From positions 3,040,001 to 3,104,000 of the forward strand of contig JASGHJ010000002.1 of NCBI GenBank assembly GCA_047602405.1: a stretch of DNA of 64,000 nucleotides, in the 5' to 3' direction. Each line of letters starts with the position of its first letter. Position 1 is the stretch's first letter. Below, piece by piece: positions 59,256 through 64,000 of this stretch. Source of the stretch: Anaeromyxobacteraceae bacterium. GTDB lineage: Bacteria > Myxococcota > Myxococcia > Myxococcales > Anaeromyxobacteraceae. Below the pieces are notes generated by a model that had not been told where the DNA came from, did not search any database, and saw only the letters and a program-made list of their open reading frames with translations. Position numbers and translations under genes: made by a program.

Positions 59256-59931
59256 TCACGCGAGGCGCCCCTGGTTGAGGTGGAGGCGCCGCGGCAGGGA
59301 CGCCGCCAGCGCCTCGTTGTGGGTGACGACGACCGCGGTGATCCCGAGCTTCTGGTTGAGGTCCACGATGAGCCGGTGGATCCCCTCCGCCGTGGCGGGG
59401 TCGAGGTTGCCGGTGGGCTCGTCGGCGAGGAGGAGCCTGGGCTCGAGGCAGAGCGCCCGCGCGAGCGCGACCCGCTGCTGCTCGCCGCCGGAGAGCTCCC
59501 CGGGGCGGTGCTCGAGGCGCTCCCCGAGCCCGACGACGTCGAGCATCGCGGCGGCCTTCTTCCTCGCCTCCGCCCGCGGCACCCGCCGGATGAGCGCCGG
59601 CATCATGGCGTTCTCGAGCGCGGTGAACTCGGGCAGGAGGTGGTGGCTCTGGAAGACGAGGCCGATGGTCGCGTTCCGGAAGCCCGCGAGCCCCTCCTCC
59701 CCCAGCGTGAACGGGTCGCGCCCGTCGAAGAGGATCCGGCCGCGGGTGGGCACGTCGAGCGTGCCGAGGAGGTGGAGGAAGGTGGTCTTCCCGGCGCCCG
59801 ACGGCCCGGTGAGCGCGAGGAGGTCGCCGGCCTCGATCGTGAGATTCGAGCCCGCGGAGCACCTCGAGGCGCCTTCGGTCCATCGCGTAGGCCTTCTCGA
59901 GCCCCTGGACCTCGATGAACGGGGTGGTCAC
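59256..59931 (-). CDS. lolD: Lipoprotein-releasing ABC ATPase; +1 frameshift at ~59845
   Basis: [32 protein letters not shown]. Length 676 = 3n+1. Confidence 0.9.
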
Positions 59932-61863
59932 TCGGCCCTCAGGCCGTCGACGGGACGGAGCCGGGCCGCCTTCGTGGCCGGGTAGAGCGTCGCGAGGTAG
60001 GCGATCGCGAGCGCGAGCAGCGCCACGAGGCCGAACTGCCCGGGGTCGATGAGCACCGGCAGGTTGTTGATGTAGTAGACCTCGGGATCGAGCGGGATGC
60101 CGACCCGGTCGACGAACAGGCAGGTGCCGTAGCCGAGGAGCAGGCCGAACCCGGTGCCGACCGCGCCGATGATCACGCCCTCGGCGACGAAGATCTTCAT
60201 GACGCTCGGCACGCCCGCGCCCATCGACTTCAGGATCGCGATCTCGCGCCGCTTCTCGAGCACGAGCATGATGAGCGTCGCGACGATGATGAAGCTCGCG
60301 ACGAGCACGATGAACCCGAGGATCACCGCCATCACCACCTTCTCCATCTGCAGGGCGGAGAAGAGGCTGCGGTTGAGCTCGCTCCAGTCCTTCGCGCGGT
60401 AGGGCCACCCGCCGAGCTCGAAGACGATCCGGCCCATGATCCGCTTCGCCTGGTCGACGTCGGTCACCTGGATCTCGAGGCCGGTGACCTGCTCGCCCGC
60501 GCCGAAGAAGCGCTGCGCCTCGGCGAGGTCCGTGTACGCCCACTTCGAGTCGTACTCGTACATGCCGGTGTAGAACACGGCGGCCACCCGGAACGGCCGG
60601 CTCTTCGGCTGCGGCCCCGCGGGGCCGAGGTCGCCGAGCGGCGAGACGACGTTCACCTCGTCCCCCACCGCGACCCGCAGCGACGCCGCGAGCTCGCGGC
60701 CGATGGCGATCCCCGGGAGGACCTTCCCGCCGGACCCCGGCTCGCCGCCGAGCGGCGCCGTCGGCACCGGGATCTTCTCGGGGTGGCGCAGCCCCTCGAG
60801 GCTGCCGTCCTCGACGTTCCGGGGGAGGTCGGTGACGGTGCCGACCGTGTCGACGTCGATCGCCTCGACCACCGCGCCGGTCAGGTTCTGGCCGGCCGAG
60901 ACCATCACCTCGTTGTAGAGGAACGGCGTCGCGCCCTTCACGCCGGGGACCGCGAGCACCTTCGAGCGCACCTCGCGCCAGTCGCCGAAGTCGTCCTGGC
61001 CGTAGGCGAGCACCATGCCGTGCGCCTTGTGGCCGAGGATCTTCCGCTTCAGGTCCGCCTCGAACCCGCTCATCACGGAGAGCACGACCGTGAGCGCCCA
61101 CACCCCGATCGCGACGCCGCCGATCGAGATGAGCGTCATGAGGAGCGTGGCCGGCATGCCCTTCCCCTCGATGAGCTCGCCCTTGCGGTAGGCGCGGCGC
61201 TGGCGCAGGTCGCGCACGAGGGAGAGGACGAGGAGCACGAGGAGGCCCGGCACGAGCCCGGTCACCACCAGCACGAAGAGCGCGGCGAGCGTGCGGGGGT
61301 CGAGCCTCAGGTGGCTGCGCGCGACGAAGAAGCTCGTAGGAGAGCGAGAGGTCGAGGCGGCCGCCGCCGGCGAGGAGGTAGGCGATGGAGGCGCCCACGA
61401 ACACCGCGATGCCGGAGATGAGGCCCGCGCCGAGCAGCGCGAGGACGAGCACGAGCGTGCCCTGCGCCGCGAGGTTCGCCAGCGTCTCGGAGGCGCCGCG
61501 CAGCGTGGGGAGCCCGAGCACGACGCCCGCGACCGCCGCCGTCCAGAGCAGCCCCGCCGCGGTGAGCTCGTAGAACGCGAGCCGGCGGCCGGCCACGCCG
61601 GCCGCCGCCCCGAGCCCGCCCGCGAGGAGCGCCGCCGCGACCCAGCCCAGGCCGGACGCGAGCGCGCCGGGCAGCGCGAGCCGGTCGGCGAAGAGCGTCT
61701 GGAGCGCCGGCACGCCGAGCGCCCCGCCGAACAGGCCGACGAGCACGAGGAGGAACGGCCCCCACGCGAAGACGGGCGGCGCCGGGTGGCCCGCCTCGGG
61801 CCCCCGCGCCGGGGCGACCCCGACCCCCTCGCCTGCGCGCGTGGCTTCCAAGGGGCTCGTCAA
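59928..61863 (-). CDS. lolC: Lipoprotein-releasing permease LolC/E with long N-terminal TM extension; +1 frameshift at ~61330; start uncertain (TTG 61863 or 61851)
   Basis: Corrected YELFVARSHL; ISIGGVAIGV..VLSVMSGFE, GMYEYDS, EIAILKSMG, YPATKAARLRPV. Confidence 0.85.
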
Positions 61864-63434
61864 TCGCGGGGTTTCAGGAGCGGGAAGAGGATGACGTCGC
61901 GGATGGAGGCGGCGTCGGTGAGGAGCATCGTGAGCCGGTCGATGCCGATGCCCTCGCCGGCGGTGGGCGGCATGCCGTGCTCGAGCGCCCGCACGAAGTC
62001 CTCGTCGAACGGCATCGCCTCGTCGTCGCCGGCGGCCTTCGCCTTCATCTGCGCCTCGAAGCGGGCGCGCTGGTCGACGGGGTCGTTGAGCTCGGAGAAC
62101 GCGTTCGCGAACTCCATCCCGGCGATGAAGATCTCGAACCGGTCGACGAGGCGCGGGTCGGCGTCGCGGCGGCGGGAGAGCGGGGAGGTCTCTATGGGGA
62201 AGTCGACGACGAACGCGGGGCGGTCCTTCGGCAGCCTCGGCTCGCAGAAGATCTCGAAGGCGAGCGCGATGGCCTCGCCCGGCGACTTCTTCGCGGCCTG
62301 CTCGAGCTTCCAGGCGCCCTCGGAGTCCTTCTCGCTCGCGGCGGCGCGGGCGAGCGCCTCGGCGAGCCCCTTGCCCGCGAGCGCGTCCTCCGGCGAGAGC
62401 CCGAGCGCCTTCGCGCCCTCGGCGAGCATCGAGACCCGCGGGTACGGCGGGGTGAGGTCGATCTCCTGCCCCTGGTAGACGACCTTCGGGCCGCCCGTCA
62501 CCTTCACCGCGAGCTCGTGGAAGAGCGCCTCGGTGAGCCGGATGAGGTCCTCGCAGGTCGCGTGGGCCTCGTAGAACTCGATGGTCGTGAACTCCGGGTT
62601 GTGGCGCCGGTCGATGCCCTCGTTGCGCCAGATGCGGCCGATCTCGTAGACGCGCTCGAGGCCGCCCACGACGAGGCGCTTCAGGTGCAGCTCGGTCGCG
62701 ATGCGCAGCTTGAGGTCGAGGTCGAGCGCGTTGTGGTGCGTCTCGAAGGGCCGCGCCGCGGCGCCGCCCGCCTCCTCCGGCTTGTGGAGGGTGGGCGTCT
62801 CGACCTCGAGGTAGCCGCGGTCGTCGAGGAAGCGGCGGATCGTCGACACAATCCGTGAGCGCCGCCGGAAGGTCTCGCGGACGCCCTCGGTGACGATGAG
62901 GTCGACGTACCGCTGGCGGTAGCGCTGCTCGACGTCGCCGAGGCCGTGCCACTTGTCCGGCAGGGGGCGCATCGCCTTCGTGAGGACCGTGAACGTCCGG
63001 GCCTCGATCGTCAGCTCGCCGGTCTTCGTCCGGGTGGCCGGGCCGCTCGCGCGCACGACGTCGCCGATGTCGGTGAGCTTGAAGACCTCGAAGTCCCGCT
63101 CGGAGACCTTGTCCTTCTTCACCCAGACCTGGAGGTCGCCGGAGCGGTCGCGCACCTTCAGGAAGGCGGCCTTGCCGAAGGACTTGAGCGCGAGGACGCG
63201 GCCCGCGACGGCCCAGTCGCCCGGGTCCTTCGCGATCTCGTCGGCGGGCGCCTCGCCGTACCGGGCCTGGACGTCGGCCGCGAGGTGCGCGGGCGGCTGG
63301 CCGTTGCCGTAGGGGTTCACGCCCAGGGCCCGGAGGGCCTCGGCCTTCTTCAGGCGCTGCGCGATGATCTCGCGCTCGTTCGCGCCGAGGTCATCCCGGT
63401 CACCGGGGGTCTCAGGGGTCGTCTGGTCTCGCAT
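61860..63434 (-). CDS. lysS: Lysine--tRNA ligase (class II)
   Basis: YRQRYVDL, GGAAARPF, RNEGIDRRHNPEFT, GMPPTAGEGIGIDRL. Confidence 0.98.
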   Translation of the reverse strand: MRDQTTPETPGDRDDLGANEREIIAQRLKKAEALRALGVNPYGNGQPPAHLAADVQARYGEAPADEIAKDPGDWAVAGRVLALKSFGKAAFLKVRDRSGDLQVWVKKDKVSERDFEVFKLTDIGDVVRASGPATRTKTGELTIEARTFTVLTKAMRPLPDKWHGLGDVEQRYRQRYVDLIVTEGVRETFRRRSRIVSTIRRFLDDRGYLEVETPTLHKPEEAGGAAARPFETHHNALDLDLKLRIATELHLKRLVVGGLERVYEIGRIWRNEGIDRRHNPEFTTIEFYEAHATCEDLIRLTEALFHELAVKVTGGPKVVYQGQEIDLTPPYPRVSMLAEGAKALGLSPEDALAGKGLAEALARAAASEKDSEGAWKLEQAAKKSPGEAIALAFEIFCEPRLPKDRPAFVVDFPIETSPLSRRRDADPRLVDRFEIFIAGMEFANAFSELNDPVDQRARFEAQMKAKAAGDDEAMPFDEDFVRALEHGMPPTAGEGIGIDRLTMLLTDAASIRDVILFPLLKPRD

Positions 63435-63476
63435 GTCTCGGTTTCGCCTGGGATTTGTGCCAGAGGCGAACGGGCG

Positions 63477-63505
63477 AGGCTAGTGCGCCGGCGCCGGTGC
63501 GTCAA
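63477..63505 (-). promoter_or_regulatory. Putative sigma70 promoter for lysS
   Basis: TTGACG-17 nt-TAGCCT on the minus strand. Confidence 0.55.
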
Positions 63506-63619
63506 CGCGAGAACGCTCGCCGGACCGGGGGATTCCCGCGTACCGCGGCGGTCCGGTCCGGGGGGGCCGCGAACGGCGGCGGGTTCGCACCCCCCCGCGC
63601 CGGCTGCTACGCTCCGGCG

Positions 63620-64000
63620 ATGCAGCCCAGGGTCCGCGCGCGCCACATGAAGAACCTGCTCGCGGCCATCGACCGGATGCCGTCGCACGACCGGGATCCC
63701 GTCCACGCGCGCATCGCGGTGACCACGGGGCGGACCGTCCAGGACGCCTCCGCCGTCGACTGGCTGCCCGCGCAGGTGAACCTCGAGGTGACCCGGGCCG
63801 TGTTCGCCGGGCTCGGGCCGGAGGGCGGCGCCCGGTTCTTCCGCGGGACCATGCGCGACGCGTTCACCGGGCCGCTGCTCCGGATCATCACCGACGCCGC
63901 CCGCAGGGTGCTGAGGCTCGACCCGGCCTCGTTCGCGGGCTGGGTGGGCACCGGCTGGACGCTCGTGTTCCGCGACTGCGGCCGCTGGACCGTGCAGCGC
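63620..64000 (+). CDS. Myxobacterial hypothetical protein (DUF2378-like), truncated at the window end
   Basis: Not in the ORF track. MQPRVRARHMKNLLAAID...VDWLPAQVNLEV...GWTLVFRDCGRW, open to 64000; TGcTACGCT 6 nt before the ATG. Confidence 0.7.
   Translation, partial: MQPRVRARHMKNLLAAIDRMPSHDRDPVHARIAVTTGRTVQDASAVDWLPAQVNLEVTRAVFAGLGPEGGARFFRGTMRDAFTGPLLRIITDAARRVLRLDPASFAGWVGTGWTLVFRDCGRWTVQR

Noticed and set aside
12942..61863. purC, rSAM1, MBL, tlyA, hemH, lpxA, lolD and lolC as true pseudogenes or programmed frameshifts
   Set aside because: Each has one motif-associated duplicated base, no slippery heptamer and no other decay; several are normally essential.
19635..62952. Giant ORFs in the track (19635..24803, 24357..29348, 35215..41484, 56794..62952) as large fusion proteins
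   Set aside because: Stop-poor frames of GC-rich DNA that chain real genes to shadow or antisense translations; individual genes have their own starts.
63600..63616. GCTACGCTC as a third REP-like element copy
   Set aside because: Lacks the CCCTCGTCTCC flank and the 8-bp stem; better explained as an extended -10 before the 63620 ATG.

Overview
Very GC-rich, Anaeromyxobacter-like (Myxococcota) chromosomal segment; the taxonomic call is inferred from gene order and protein style. About 24.8-63.4 kb is mostly minus-strand housekeeping: lysS-lolC-lolD-bamA-skp-lpxD-fabZ-lpxA-lpxI, hemE-hemN-hemH, an alkaline phosphatase pair, otsB-xseA-xseB-RR-ispA-dxs-tlyA, rimP-nusA-ylxR-infB / ylxP-rbfA-truB-rpsO-pnp-dut-purB. 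The first 24.7 kb is largely accessory. Highlights: (1) a tightly coupled five-gene operon (14819-21090) with two B12-binding radical SAM enzymes, two GNAT-like proteins and a GH3 acyl-adenylate ligase, a candidate uncharacterised biosynthetic pathway; (2) a DUF222-like/HNH nuclease gene (3622-5598) in which a 21-bp palindromic motif occurs once inside the CDS and twice upstream, beside a REP-like hairpin element whose second copy, 26 kb away, shows compensatory stem changes and a 7x16-bp tandem amplification inside an insertion that splits infB from ylxP; (3) eight single-base-duplication frameshifts, all at or beside GATC or GAAGAGC, most likely a methylation-dependent long-read error signature rather than real pseudogenes. 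No rRNA, tRNA or CRISPR array was recognised. All family assignments are by eye from motifs; no database search was run.
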